Of a stretch of DNA of 64,000 nt, positions 25,392 through 34,632 are shown in pieces. The stretch spans positions 1-64,000 of the IMG/VR virus record IMGVR_UViG_3300032313_000518, one strand, 5' to 3'. How positions within the stretch are numbered: position 1 is the stretch's first letter; every line of letters starts with the position of its first letter. Both the position numbers and the translations under genes were made by a program. Source of the DNA: a virus. The notes below the pieces were generated by a model. That model did no database searches. It was not told where the DNA came from and saw nothing but the letters and a program-made list of their open reading frames with translations.

Positions 25392-26054
25392 ATGAGAAAT
25401 TATACTGAACAACAATTACAAGATAACTACGAAAAGTTCCTAAACTTTATTCGTAAAGCATTCGCTAACCAGCCGGAACGAATGGAGAAATTATTACATA
25501 TGTATTCCGAAGAACAATTGGGTATGGAATTAATAATGGCGCCAGCAAGTGGTAAAGCTCATTTTCATTCTGCATATGTTGGTGGTTATATTGACCACGT
25601 TATGAATGTGTGTAAAAATTCAATAGGACAAATGAATCAATTTAAAGCCAATGGTGGTACTATTGATTTTGAGGTTGAGGAATTACTATTCGCAGCATTA
25701 CATCACGACTTAGGAAAGTTAGGAGATTTGGGTAAACCATATTATGTAGAACAAGAATCAGATTGGCATCGTAAGAATCAAGGTTCCCTATTCAAACAAA
25801 ATCCAAACATTAATTATTTTGATGTAACGCATAGAGCTTTATGGTTATTACAAGAATATGGGATTAAGTTTACCCAAAAAGAAATGTTGGGTATTATGTT
25901 GGCGGATGGTTTGTATAATAAAGGAAACGAAAAATACTTTATTTCATATGATGAAAACTTCCAATTAAAAACCGAATTACCATATTTGTTACATTGGGCA
26001 GACCATATGAGTTGCCGTATTGAAAATAGTGAATATAAGAATGGGGTTGTTTAA
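25392..26054 (+). CDS. HD-domain phosphohydrolase
   Basis: APAS...HSAY.GGY.DH, LHHDLGK, LLHWAD. Confidence 0.88.
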   Translation: MRNYTEQQLQDNYEKFLNFIRKAFANQPERMEKLLHMYSEEQLGMELIMAPASGKAHFHSAYVGGYIDHVMNVCKNSIGQMNQFKANGGTIDFEVEELLFAALHHDLGKLGDLGKPYYVEQESDWHRKNQGSLFKQNPNINYFDVTHRALWLLQEYGIKFTQKEMLGIMLADGLYNKGNEKYFISYDENFQLKTELPYLLHWADHMSCRIENSEYKNGVV

Positions 26055-26079
26055 TTTTTAGACAACCTTATATTTATAT

Positions 26080-26154
26080 AGGATGGAGCTGGCCAGCACA
26101 TCCTCGTATTATCCAAATGGAAATACAAACTTAACGCTTAAACAAGGTAAAAAA
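26080..26154 (+). promoter_or_regulatory. structured 5' leader of hsp20
   Basis: AGGATG..GCT-GGCC-AGC..CATCCT and GTATT.TCC-AAAT-GGA-AATAC hairpins right after ATATTTAT 26070. Confidence 0.5.
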
Positions 26155-26634
26155 ATGAAAAATCAAATCCAAAGGGGTTTCCCTATCCCCACATTTAGGG
26201 ACGAGTTCTTCTCACCATTAGATACTTTATTCGATAAAGTATTATCGGAATCATTTCCTGAATTATCAAAGGAAATTGGTATCAACCCATTCCAACAAAA
26301 TGCTTATCCAAAATGTGACATCATTAACTTTGATGACCGTATTGAGATTGTAGCAGAAGTTCCTGGTCTAACCAAAGAACAAATTACCATTGATGTAGAT
26401 GGTGATGTAATTACATTAAAAGGAGAAAAAGCAAACAAAGCAAACGAAAAAGAAGGTGGTACATATCTTCGTAGAGAAGTTAAACGTTCATCGTTTCTAA
26501 GAAGTTTTACTGCTGATTCTAAAATTTTTGATTTAGATAATGTGAAAGCATCATTTGAAGATGGGGTATTGGAATTGCAGATACCAAAGAGGGAACCTGA
26601 ACAACCAAAAAAGAGAACTATTACGATAGGTTAA
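26155..26634 (+). CDS. small heat-shock protein Hsp20
   Basis: YPKCDI, AEVPGL.KE.I.I, YLRREV.RSSF.RSF, ASFEDGVLEL.IPK. Confidence 0.93.
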   Translation: MKNQIQRGFPIPTFRDEFFSPLDTLFDKVLSESFPELSKEIGINPFQQNAYPKCDIINFDDRIEIVAEVPGLTKEQITIDVDGDVITLKGEKANKANEKEGGTYLRREVKRSSFLRSFTADSKIFDLDNVKASFEDGVLELQIPKREPEQPKKRTITIG

Positions 26635-26648
26635 TAATTAAATAATAT

Positions 26649-26680
26649 GGGAGTGGGTGTCAAAACTCACTTCCTTTTTA
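26649..26680 (+). terminator. intrinsic terminator
   Basis: GGGAGTGGGT..ACTCACTTCC followed by T-tract. Confidence 0.8.
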
Positions 26681-26710
26681 TTTTCCTTATATTTATACTA
26701 AAGAATTTAT

Positions 26711-26890
26711 ATGAAACCCGAATACAAACAAAAGGCTCAAGAGAATTTAGAAGCTATTTCAAAGAGAGCAAAAGTTATTTCCGAAATGTTGCATGGTGAG
26801 AGACCGGCTAATGAGGAAGAAGCTAAGAGATTGGCAAGAGAGATTGAAAGATTAGTTGAACTTACTACAAACATAGTAGATTTATCATAA
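26711..26890 (+). CDS. small helical hypothetical protein (59 aa)
   Basis: MKPEYKQKAQENLEAISKRAKVISEMLHGERP...VDLS; after ATATTTAT 26689; not in the ORF track. Confidence 0.65.
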   Translation: MKPEYKQKAQENLEAISKRAKVISEMLHGERPANEEEAKRLAREIERLVELTTNIVDLS

Positions 26891-26893
26891 TAT

Positions 26894-28129
26894 ATGAATT
26901 GGCTTAAAGTACTTTTGTTTATGGCTGCTACTGCAGTGGCTGGAACTGGAGCATACTTTTCGGTAACTGGTTTGGGTGTTCTATTTAGTGGAGCATCTAC
27001 GGCTGTTATTGTTATGGCATCTGCATTGGAGTTCGCTAAATTAGTAACTGCATCATATTTAGAACAAAAATGGAGAGAAACCACATTATTTTTAAAAGTT
27101 TACTTAACATCAGCCGTATTTATACTAATGCTCATCACATCAGCTGGTATCTTTGGTTATTTATCTAATGCTTTTCAGCAACAAAATATCAAACTACAAC
27201 AAGTAGATAGAGAAATTTTGGTATTTCAAACAAAAATTGACCAAAATACCGCTCAAATAGAGCAATTATCAACTCAAATTAGTGAATCAAACAAAAATCA
27301 GACAACAATATTGGGTAAAGGTAAGGTGAACAACCGACTTTTACGTTCAATTGATAACAGAGACCGTCAAATTAGCAAAATTAACAATAACATTGCCAAA
27401 TTACAAGAAGATAACGCTAAAAACAACGAAGAAATCAACAAAATCCGGTTAAATAACTTGGATTTGGAGAAAGAAGTGGGTGGATTTAAGTTTGTTGCCC
27501 AAACATTTGATGTAGAATTGGATAAAGTAGTAAAATGGTTTATGTTTTTGATTGTTTTTGTGTTTGACCCACTTGCAATCGCTTTAGTGTTGGCATTAAA
27601 CAAACTTTTAAAGGAAAATAAGCCAAAAATTGAAGAAAACGAACCTTTAGTGGAAAAAAATTACGAAGTTTACGGAGATAGTGGAAAAATTCCATCAATA
27701 AATGATATTTTAAGTGTTAATGTGGAAAATAATCAACAAATGGGTTTATATGAACCACCATTTGATAATCCATTAATAGATAATGAAGAAATATTTACCG
27801 AAGATGATAAGAAAGCATTAGAATCCGAAATCACCGATGAAATATTATTAAATCTGCAAACCGATTACTCAAAAAGACCGATTGATGTGGATGGTGATGG
27901 TACTGTTGATGGATATGATACCGATGGTGATGGTTTAATTAATATTATCAGAGCAGAGCACCCAAGTAGAGCTGAAGAGGTTAAAACAAAACTACCATAC
28001 TATGCAAGGGGTGATTTTAATTGGTCTGATAGAAAAAATTGGATAAATGACCAAAATGCAGTGAACTATTGGATTAAGCATATTAAACAATCTCAATATC
28101 CTGAAGATTTCTCTGGAAAATCTTACTAA
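26894..28129 (+). CDS. multi-TM coiled-coil membrane protein with Ca-binding-like DxDGDG repeats
   Basis: SV.GL..LF.GA, LE.AKLV, TSAGIFGYLS, coiled coil, VFDPLA, DVDGDGTVDGYDTDGDG. Confidence 0.8.
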   Translation: MNWLKVLLFMAATAVAGTGAYFSVTGLGVLFSGASTAVIVMASALEFAKLVTASYLEQKWRETTLFLKVYLTSAVFILMLITSAGIFGYLSNAFQQQNIKLQQVDREILVFQTKIDQNTAQIEQLSTQISESNKNQTTILGKGKVNNRLLRSIDNRDRQISKINNNIAKLQEDNAKNNEEINKIRLNNLDLEKEVGGFKFVAQTFDVELDKVVKWFMFLIVFVFDPLAIALVLALNKLLKENKPKIEENEPLVEKNYEVYGDSGKIPSINDILSVNVENNQQMGLYEPPFDNPLIDNEEIFTEDDKKALESEITDEILLNLQTDYSKRPIDVDGDGTVDGYDTDGDGLINIIRAEHPSRAEEVKTKLPYYARGDFNWSDRKNWINDQNAVNYWIKHIKQSQYPEDFSGKSY

Positions 28130-28132
28130 AAA

Positions 28133-28164
28133 TTAGGATTTCTCATAAATAATTCGTATATTTG
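28133..28164 (+). promoter_or_regulatory. Bacteroidota-type promoter TTAG-N20-TATATTTG
   Basis: Consensus match. Confidence 0.8.
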
Positions 28165-28186
28165 TTTTCATCATTCAAATAACACT

Positions 28187-29077
28187 ATGAATTTAGGATA
28201 CGCCTGTATCAATATGAGTTTAGGTAAGAACGTAACTACAAATCGTTCTATGGTTAAACGTACATTTAATGAAAAAGGTTTAGATTACGTTTCCGAACTT
28301 GCGTTAGCAAATTCTAAAGATGTACTCAAAATATTAGTGTGGAATAAGAACAATAATATAAAGTTCTTCCGTTTATCATCAGCGCTCGTTCCTTGGGGTG
28401 ATGGCTTGGACCTAACAACCTTAAAAGACTATGATGAGATAAGTATCGCACTTCGTAGAGCAGGTGATTATGCTAAAGCAAATGGTATTAGAATCACATC
28501 ACACCCCGGCCCCTTTGTAGTTCTAACTTCACCCAAAGAAAATGTGGTAGAAGCAGCTATTAAAGATTTAGAGTTACATGGTAAGATATTTGATTTGTTA
28601 GGGTTATCACAAACTCCTTATAACAAAATAAACATACATTGTAATGGTGTTTACGGAGATAAGTTATCTGCAATGGATAGATTTTGTGAAAATTATCTTA
28701 GATTATCCGATAGTGTTAAGAAACGTTTGACTGTTGAGAACGATGATAAAGCAACAATGTACAATGTAAAAGATTTAATGTACATTCATAATAAAATTAA
28801 CATTCCAATTGTATTTGATTACCATCACCACACATTCAATACAGGTGATTTAACTGAAGAAGAAGCACTTAAACTTGCTATCGCAACTTGGGGTGATATT
28901 ACGCCGGTTGTTCACTATTCAGAATCAAAAGCATTGCATGAAGAAAATAATAAACTAAAGCCACAAGCTCATTCAGATTATATCAAATCACTTCCAAATA
29001 CATACGGATTGAACGTAGATATTATGGTTGAAGCAAAAGCTAAAGAGTTAGCAATATTACCATTTATTAAAAAGTAA
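28187..29077 (+). CDS. uvsE: UV damage endonuclease UvdE/UvsE
   Basis: LGYACIN, FFRLSS, HPGPF..L.S, INIH, ENDD, FDYHHH, HYSE, AHSD, EAKAKE. Confidence 0.93.
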   Translation: MNLGYACINMSLGKNVTTNRSMVKRTFNEKGLDYVSELALANSKDVLKILVWNKNNNIKFFRLSSALVPWGDGLDLTTLKDYDEISIALRRAGDYAKANGIRITSHPGPFVVLTSPKENVVEAAIKDLELHGKIFDLLGLSQTPYNKINIHCNGVYGDKLSAMDRFCENYLRLSDSVKKRLTVENDDKATMYNVKDLMYIHNKINIPIVFDYHHHTFNTGDLTEEEALKLAIATWGDITPVVHYSESKALHEENNKLKPQAHSDYIKSLPNTYGLNVDIMVEAKAKELAILPFIKK

Positions 29078-29078
29078 A

Positions 29079-29693
29079 ATGTACATACCTCAATTAACCG
29101 AAGTAAATCTATTTGACCCATTAATATTTAAATCACATTTTTATCAATGGGATTGGAAAAAAATAGAACCATTATGTGAACAATGGATAGGTGAGAAGCC
29201 AACAAAAATTTATTTAGAACAAGGAAATGCTGCAAGTTCTGTAGCTAATGTAAATGAATTGAGACCACATCAACATCCTGAATTTGCATCATTTTATAAA
29301 TGGGTAAGGCCAATTGCAGATAATATAATGTTTAAAAAATGGAAATTATCAACAGGTTTTGATTATAAAATAGTTAATTCTTGGGTAAATGTACATGGTG
29401 AGGGTGGTATGACTGAAATCCACGACCACGGACCTACTACATTGGTTATAACAGCCTATTTAAATTTACCTGAAAATGGAGGGTTTATACAATTCAAAGA
29501 CCCATTGGAATATCATCATGCACATTTAATAAAAGAATTTGATACTGAATTGGGGTCTTGGAGAACATTTCCTGCTAAAACAGGTGATGTAGTTATGTTT
29601 CCTGGTTGGTTACGGCATAGGACTGAAGCAAATAAATCAAAAGAAAAAAGATGGGTATTAACAACAAATATAAATTGTATTATAACAGATTAA
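29079..29693 (+). CDS. 2OG-Fe(II) oxygenase (TIGR02466-like)
   Basis: SWVN, HDH, YL..PE.GG.I.F.DP, FPGWL.H.T, R. Confidence 0.85.
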   Translation: MYIPQLTEVNLFDPLIFKSHFYQWDWKKIEPLCEQWIGEKPTKIYLEQGNAASSVANVNELRPHQHPEFASFYKWVRPIADNIMFKKWKLSTGFDYKIVNSWVNVHGEGGMTEIHDHGPTTLVITAYLNLPENGGFIQFKDPLEYHHAHLIKEFDTELGSWRTFPAKTGDVVMFPGWLRHRTEANKSKEKRWVLTTNINCIITD

Positions 29694-29705
29694 AAAAATA
29701 AAATT

Positions 29706-30107
29706 ATGGATACGAACACAACATTAAAAATTACACTAGGTACAATACTAATAGTGGGAATTATAGCAATTACAATAGTATCAATAGGATTTAGTATGAA
29801 TAATAAAGATAAACCAATAGTTGCAATGAGTAGAGAAAACTATCAGATTCAAACTCATACAATAGATTCATTGACTAGAGTAGTTGATAGTTTAGAAATG
29901 GAAATACATTCACAAGCACAAAAGTTTGATAATAAAGAAAAAAAATACAAAGAAATCCTATTTGAATATGAATTAGGTATTGATAGAATCAAAAACTATC
30001 ATCCAAAAGCATATGAGGATTTCCATAGGATATTAGCATATAGAGAAGATTATAGTAGAGAAGCAGAAATTGAAAACAAAAAAAGATTAAATGAATACAA
30101 TAGATAA
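29706..30107 (+). CDS. membrane-anchored coiled-coil protein
   Basis: N-terminal TM helix followed by heptads. Confidence 0.7.
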   Translation: MDTNTTLKITLGTILIVGIIAITIVSIGFSMNNKDKPIVAMSRENYQIQTHTIDSLTRVVDSLEMEIHSQAQKFDNKEKKYKEILFEYELGIDRIKNYHPKAYEDFHRILAYREDYSREAEIENKKRLNEYNR

Positions 30108-31284
30108 AAAGTATCAACAATTACTTAATGATATTATTGAATTTGGTGTAGAAAAAAAAGATAGAACCGGAACAGGTACTATATCAGAGTTTGGACATCA
30201 AATACGACATAAGATGAGTGAGGGGTTTCCATTACTTACTACAAAAAAGATGCATTGGAATTCCATTGTGACAGAACTCCTATGGTTTTTAAGAGGTGAT
30301 ACTAACATCAAATTCCTATTGGATTACGATTGCCACATTTGGGATGGTGATACATATAAGAACTATGTAAGTAAAGTTGAAGAATATACATCTACATTAA
30401 ATGTTCCTAATGATATATCCGAATTTCAAGAAGTAATGGATTCAGTAGGAAACCAAATAAAGAGTAGTGTATTATCAAAAGAAGAATTCATTAAACAAAT
30501 CAAAACCAATAATGAGTTTGCAAAGAAGTGGGGAGATTTAGGACCAATCTATGGTAAGCAGTGGAGACAGTGGCAAGGTTGGATGGATATTAATGGTAAT
30601 GAAAAAGGTTCATTGTGGTATGACCAAATCCTACAATTAGTTCATTCCCTTAAAACAAATCCCGATAGTAGAAGATTAATGGTATCAGCTTGGAATGTAG
30701 CAGAGTTAGACCAAATGGTTTTACCACCTTGCCATTATGGATTTCAAGTTTATACAAGAGAATTAAGTTGGGAAGAAAGATATGTAATCTTGAAAAATAA
30801 AACAAATGAAGACCCGTTGAAGTATTCAAAATTAGATAATGGTGATTATGACCAGTATCCGAAAGAAATGACCACAAAATGGATGGATGAATTAAACATA
30901 CCAACCAGAGCAATCTCTTTAATGTGGAATCAACGTTCAGTAGATACATTTTTGGGATTACCATTTAATATAGCATCTTATGCATTACTATTAGAGATTA
31001 TTGCGAAAGAAGTAAATATGGTGCCGGAAGATTTGATTGGTAATTTGGGAGATGTGCATTTATATAAAAACCATATCGAACAAGCCAAAGAACAAATCAG
31101 TAGAGAACCATATAGTTTACCAACAATTCAAATCACCGAAAGGAATTGGTATCAGCACGAAAAAGTAAAAGAGAATTTAGGACCAAAAACATTTAGAGAT
31201 ATAATACTATCTTATAGACCTGATTGTTTTGAACTAATAGGTTACGAATCACATCCAAAAATTAAAGCACCATTATCAAATTAA
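30091..31284 (+). CDS. thyA: thymidylate synthase
   Basis: DRTGTGT, FPLLTTK, ELLWF, GPIYG.QWR, SRR, LPPCH, QRSVD.FLGLPFNIASY, GDVHLY.NH. Confidence 0.96.
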   Translation: MNTIDKKYQQLLNDIIEFGVEKKDRTGTGTISEFGHQIRHKMSEGFPLLTTKKMHWNSIVTELLWFLRGDTNIKFLLDYDCHIWDGDTYKNYVSKVEEYTSTLNVPNDISEFQEVMDSVGNQIKSSVLSKEEFIKQIKTNNEFAKKWGDLGPIYGKQWRQWQGWMDINGNEKGSLWYDQILQLVHSLKTNPDSRRLMVSAWNVAELDQMVLPPCHYGFQVYTRELSWEERYVILKNKTNEDPLKYSKLDNGDYDQYPKEMTTKWMDELNIPTRAISLMWNQRSVDTFLGLPFNIASYALLLEIIAKEVNMVPEDLIGNLGDVHLYKNHIEQAKEQISREPYSLPTIQITERNWYQHEKVKENLGPKTFRDIILSYRPDCFELIGYESHPKIKAPLSN

Positions 31285-31295
31285 AAAATAATAAT

Positions 31296-31868
31296 ATGAA
31301 AATTAAAAAAATTGAGCAATCGCCTGTTACAAAAGAAGATATTGCAAAGTATAAAGAATTGGTACAACATAGAGAAGGTATGATGCATACTGCTAATGAT
31401 GTTGGAATGAATAAAAGAATTGTTACCTTTAGACCCGATACAAAAGATACCGAACTTACATTAGTAAATCCTCGTATTGTAGACGGTTCTGATAATGCAG
31501 TTGTTTATTTTGAAAAGGATAACTACAAAGATAAAATCCGCAAGACTGTTCGATTATCACATTTAGTTATTGAAACTGATAATTTGGGTAAGATGGAATT
31601 CAAATCAGATAAAACAAATTGGAAAAACGCAGATGAGTTTATGGAAGATGCTGGTTTATTTGAATCGGTTCATATTCAAAAACTAATTGATGCTATTGAT
31701 GGTATTGAATTAACACATCCATCTCGTCAATACAAAGAGACAGTTAGTGTAAAGAAAAAGTTGGGAAGAAACGAAAGAGTTATGTTACAATCGCCTGAAG
31801 GTGAGATGGCATTTGTGAAAGCAAAACAAGCAGATTCATATTACCAATTGGGATATAGAGCAATTTAA
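31296..31868 (+). CDS. peptide deformylase-like protein with degenerate catalytic motifs
   Basis: AN.VG..KRI, LVNPRI, TVR...V, ID.IDGI framework, but no EGCLS and no HExxH; C-terminal KLGRNE. Confidence 0.65.
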   Translation: MKIKKIEQSPVTKEDIAKYKELVQHREGMMHTANDVGMNKRIVTFRPDTKDTELTLVNPRIVDGSDNAVVYFEKDNYKDKIRKTVRLSHLVIETDNLGKMEFKSDKTNWKNADEFMEDAGLFESVHIQKLIDAIDGIELTHPSRQYKETVSVKKKLGRNERVMLQSPEGEMAFVKAKQADSYYQLGYRAI

Positions 31869-31871
31869 TTT

Positions 31872-32132
31872 ATGGCAAAGTTAATATTTAATATAGATAA
31901 CGATAACTTCAGAGAAGCATCAAACATAGAACTTGTTGTGCCGGATGATATGGATATTTGGGAATACAAAATAATGTGTACCCGATTAGCTTCCGCAATG
32001 GGATATACCGAATCAACTATCAAAAGAGCATTCGGAGAAGAGGAATACAATCACACCGAAGATGAGTTACGATTCAGAGAATTTTTAGAAATAATCAATG
32101 TTTACACCGGTTCACTAATAAACACAATATAA
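31872..32132 (+). CDS. hypothetical protein
   Basis: 86 aa ORF in operon. Confidence 0.7.
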   Translation: MAKLIFNIDNDNFREASNIELVVPDDMDIWEYKIMCTRLASAMGYTESTIKRAFGEEEYNHTEDELRFREFLEIINVYTGSLINTI

Positions 32133-32377
32133 TGAACGAATTAGAAAGACAAATATTATCATCACAAATTTTAGTAGAATCGTTGGCAGATATACTAATC
32201 CAAAAAGGAATTATGACTCAAGCTGAAATTCAAGAGTTATGCCAAGAAAGAGTTGATTCACTAACTTCAGAATTAAAGAGGGAACAAAAGAAGCAAGTAA
32301 AGAAAACAAAAACAAAACAATCCGATTCAGAGATACTTACATCAATGTTTATGGGTAATCAAATTGGGGAAGCATAA
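32132..32377 (+). CDS. hypothetical protein
   Basis: 81 aa ORF with TAATG coupling. Confidence 0.7.
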   Translation: MNELERQILSSQILVESLADILIQKGIMTQAEIQELCQERVDSLTSELKREQKKQVKKTKTKQSDSEILTSMFMGNQIGEA

Positions 32378-32392
32378 AAACTTTCCCAATAA

Positions 32393-32424
32393 TTTGGTTT
32401 ATTCAAAATAATGTTGTATCTTTG
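32393..32424 (+). promoter_or_regulatory. Bacteroidota-type promoter TTTG-N20-TATCTTTG upstream of the sigma-factor operon
   Basis: Consensus match. Confidence 0.85.
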
Positions 32425-32445
32425 TAAGATATAAACAAATAAATT

Positions 32446-32712
32446 ATGATATTGTTATATACAATCCTAACAATCTCCATTCTATTGAATATCCTCCTTT
32501 TTATAAGAGGAATGATATTAGTGAGACAAAACGAACAATTAGCAGATGCAGTTATCGAATCTGATAATGTGGTTGAAGAATCACAAGCAACATTAGAGAA
32601 GATGTTAGAAGAGATGAGAACCCTTGATATAAAAGGTTCTTTTGAAGCAGATGATGAAGTAGGTACTGTATTTACGGAACTGAAAGAACTCATCCAAAAA
32701 TATAAAAACTAA
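32446..32712 (+). CDS. membrane-anchored hypothetical protein
   Basis: TM helix plus KGSFEADDEVG.VF. Confidence 0.7.
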   Translation: MILLYTILTISILLNILLFIRGMILVRQNEQLADAVIESDNVVEESQATLEKMLEEMRTLDIKGSFEADDEVGTVFTELKELIQKYKN

Positions 32713-32720
32713 TCTAATAG

Positions 32721-33470
32721 ATGCCAAGAAAGAAAAAAAGTAAAATATACTTTTCGCAAGATACCGAAAACGCAATTATAGAGTATAATAAATCAAAAGA
32801 TTATGTAAGAAGAAATAGGATATATGTAGAAAGTATTCAGTATCCTTTTGAAAAGTTAGCAGAAAATATTCTAAACACATTTAAGTTCACATACTTCGAT
32901 GTACCTAAAGCAGATGTTCAAAGAGAGGTGGTATCTACTCTAATTGAAAAAATACATATGTTCAAAGAAGGACGGGGTAAAGCGTTCTCTTACTTTAGTA
33001 TTGTTGCTAAGAACCACTTAATCTTAAAGAACAACGGAAACTATAAAAGGTTTAAGAAAACTGCTTTATTATCCGAAATGCCGGAGACTTGGAATCCACC
33101 AAATGATTTTGAAGAAACTCAAGCAGGTGCAGAGTTTATGGAGTTCAGAGATTTAATGTTGGCTTATTGGGATAAACATCTAACAAGAGTATTCACAAAG
33201 AAAAGAGATATCCAAATTGCAGATGCAGTATTAGAACTATTCCGTAGAAGTCAATACATCGAAAACTTTAATAAGAAACATCTATATCTCCTTATTAGAG
33301 AAATGACAGATTGTAAGACACACTACATTACAAAAGTGGTAAACGAAATGAAGAAACATCAGACAAAGATGTTAAATGATTACTTAGACCACGGATATGT
33401 AAAGGATGAGAATAACGATTTTTGGGAAGAGGAATATTTATATGAAACGGAACAAATAGACGAAGATTAA
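32721..33470 (+). CDS. phage late-transcription sigma factor (T4 gp55-like)
   Basis: YF.....AI.EY, LAENI...F.F, F...GKAFSYFSIVAKN (compare gp55 AFAYFT.I). Confidence 0.7.
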   Translation: MPRKKKSKIYFSQDTENAIIEYNKSKDYVRRNRIYVESIQYPFEKLAENILNTFKFTYFDVPKADVQREVVSTLIEKIHMFKEGRGKAFSYFSIVAKNHLILKNNGNYKRFKKTALLSEMPETWNPPNDFEETQAGAEFMEFRDLMLAYWDKHLTRVFTKKRDIQIADAVLELFRRSQYIENFNKKHLYLLIREMTDCKTHYITKVVNEMKKHQTKMLNDYLDHGYVKDENNDFWEEEYLYETEQIDED

Positions 33471-33472
33471 AA

Positions 33473-33844
33473 ATGGAAGATATAGCATCAATGTTTTTTC
33501 ACAGTAGAACACAAGCACACGAATTTCATACGAAAGTAACTGGACCTGGTTCTCTTGCTATACATAACGCATTACAACAATATTACGAAGATGTAGTACC
33601 ATTAATAGATGGAATAATAGAAGCATATCAGGGTATGTATGGTTTAATTTCTTACAAAAAAGTTGCAGGTGTTGATAATGATGCTACTAAAGAAAACATA
33701 TTAAATTATTTTGATGATTTGATTAAGTTTTTGGAAACAAAAAGAAAAGATGAAAAACTACAAGTAAGTTGGATTCAGAATGAGTTGGATAATTTAGCAA
33801 AACTCTTATACTCAACTAAATATAAACTAACTTATTTAGGATAA
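33473..33844 (+). CDS. ferritin/Dps-like protein (DUF5856-like)
   Basis: QAH.FH, H.AL..YYE, D...E.YQG.YG, QN.LD...LLYST.YKL. Confidence 0.75.
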   Translation: MEDIASMFFHSRTQAHEFHTKVTGPGSLAIHNALQQYYEDVVPLIDGIIEAYQGMYGLISYKKVAGVDNDATKENILNYFDDLIKFLETKRKDEKLQVSWIQNELDNLAKLLYSTKYKLTYLG

Positions 33845-33870
33845 TAAAAAAATAAGAAATTACTAAAATT

Positions 33871-33907
33871 AAGGTGTTTGATATTTATATTCGGACACCT
33901 TTTTTTA
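33871..33907 (+). terminator. terminator hairpin whose loop carries the ATATTTAT late motif
   Basis: AAGGTGTTTGA..TCGGACACCTT followed by T-tract; ATATTTAT 33881-33888. Confidence 0.75.
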
Positions 33908-33963
33908 TGTCCAACTAATATGTTATAGAATTAAAAATTAAACTGGGGTCAATACCTATTTTT

Positions 33964-34632
33964 ATGAAAAATAATGTAACATCAATTGGTTCAAACATTA
34001 GTGAGTTAGGTACTAACTTTCTATTGTTCATCGTATCTTCTATTGTAGCAATAGGATTATGTACTCAAGCATATTTTGTGTATCTTAACGTTTCTGGTAA
34101 CAATGAAACTGCAAAAAACTTATCAACTAAATTTGATGAGAAGTTTAATGGATATTACAAAAACACACCTGGTAATATATTCTATAATGATGATAGTATA
34201 TACTATATGGAAGAAAATGAAGTGTGGGTTGATGGTGTAACTAATCAGGTTAAGATTGGTAAGTTAGCCGGAAATCGTAATTTAGAATTTGGAGTTAAAA
34301 ACATATTAGAAGAATATATCCAAGAAACAGGATATGCTCTTACTGAAAACGCAAGTAAAAAAATTAAAGTTGAGATAATCTATTTAGATGTACTCACAAC
34401 AAAAAAGAACATATCGGTTTTTCATAGTAATGAAGAAGAGGTAGTTATTCGTTTACGTGGAATGTTATATAAAGATGGTAAAAAAGTGAAAGATGTTATA
34501 GTGGAGGAATCATCATCGGAAGTATCAATGTCAACGCTGATAGTAGACGGTGGTGGTAAGTTCAATCAAACTTCTTTAAGCAATGCGCTGAAGAAAGGTT
34601 CTGGTAAACTTATTACTAAACTATTTCAGTAA
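33964..34632 (+). CDS. exported/membrane protein with CsgG/TolB-N-like alpha-beta domain
   Basis: TM helix; GVKNILEE..., beta-hairpins, KFNQTSLSNALKK resembling KFNQSTIG.STKKA of 40937. Confidence 0.55.
   Translation: MKNNVTSIGSNISELGTNFLLFIVSSIVAIGLCTQAYFVYLNVSGNNETAKNLSTKFDEKFNGYYKNTPGNIFYNDDSIYYMEENEVWVDGVTNQVKIGKLAGNRNLEFGVKNILEEYIQETGYALTENASKKIKVEIIYLDVLTTKKNISVFHSNEEEVVIRLRGMLYKDGKKVKDVIVEESSSEVSMSTLIVDGGGKFNQTSLSNALKKGSGKLITKLFQ

Noticed and set aside
26894-28129. Dockerin call for DVDGDGTVDGYDTDGDG
   Set aside because: It is only a short acidic Ca-binding-like repeat without the following helix and duplicated dockerin pattern
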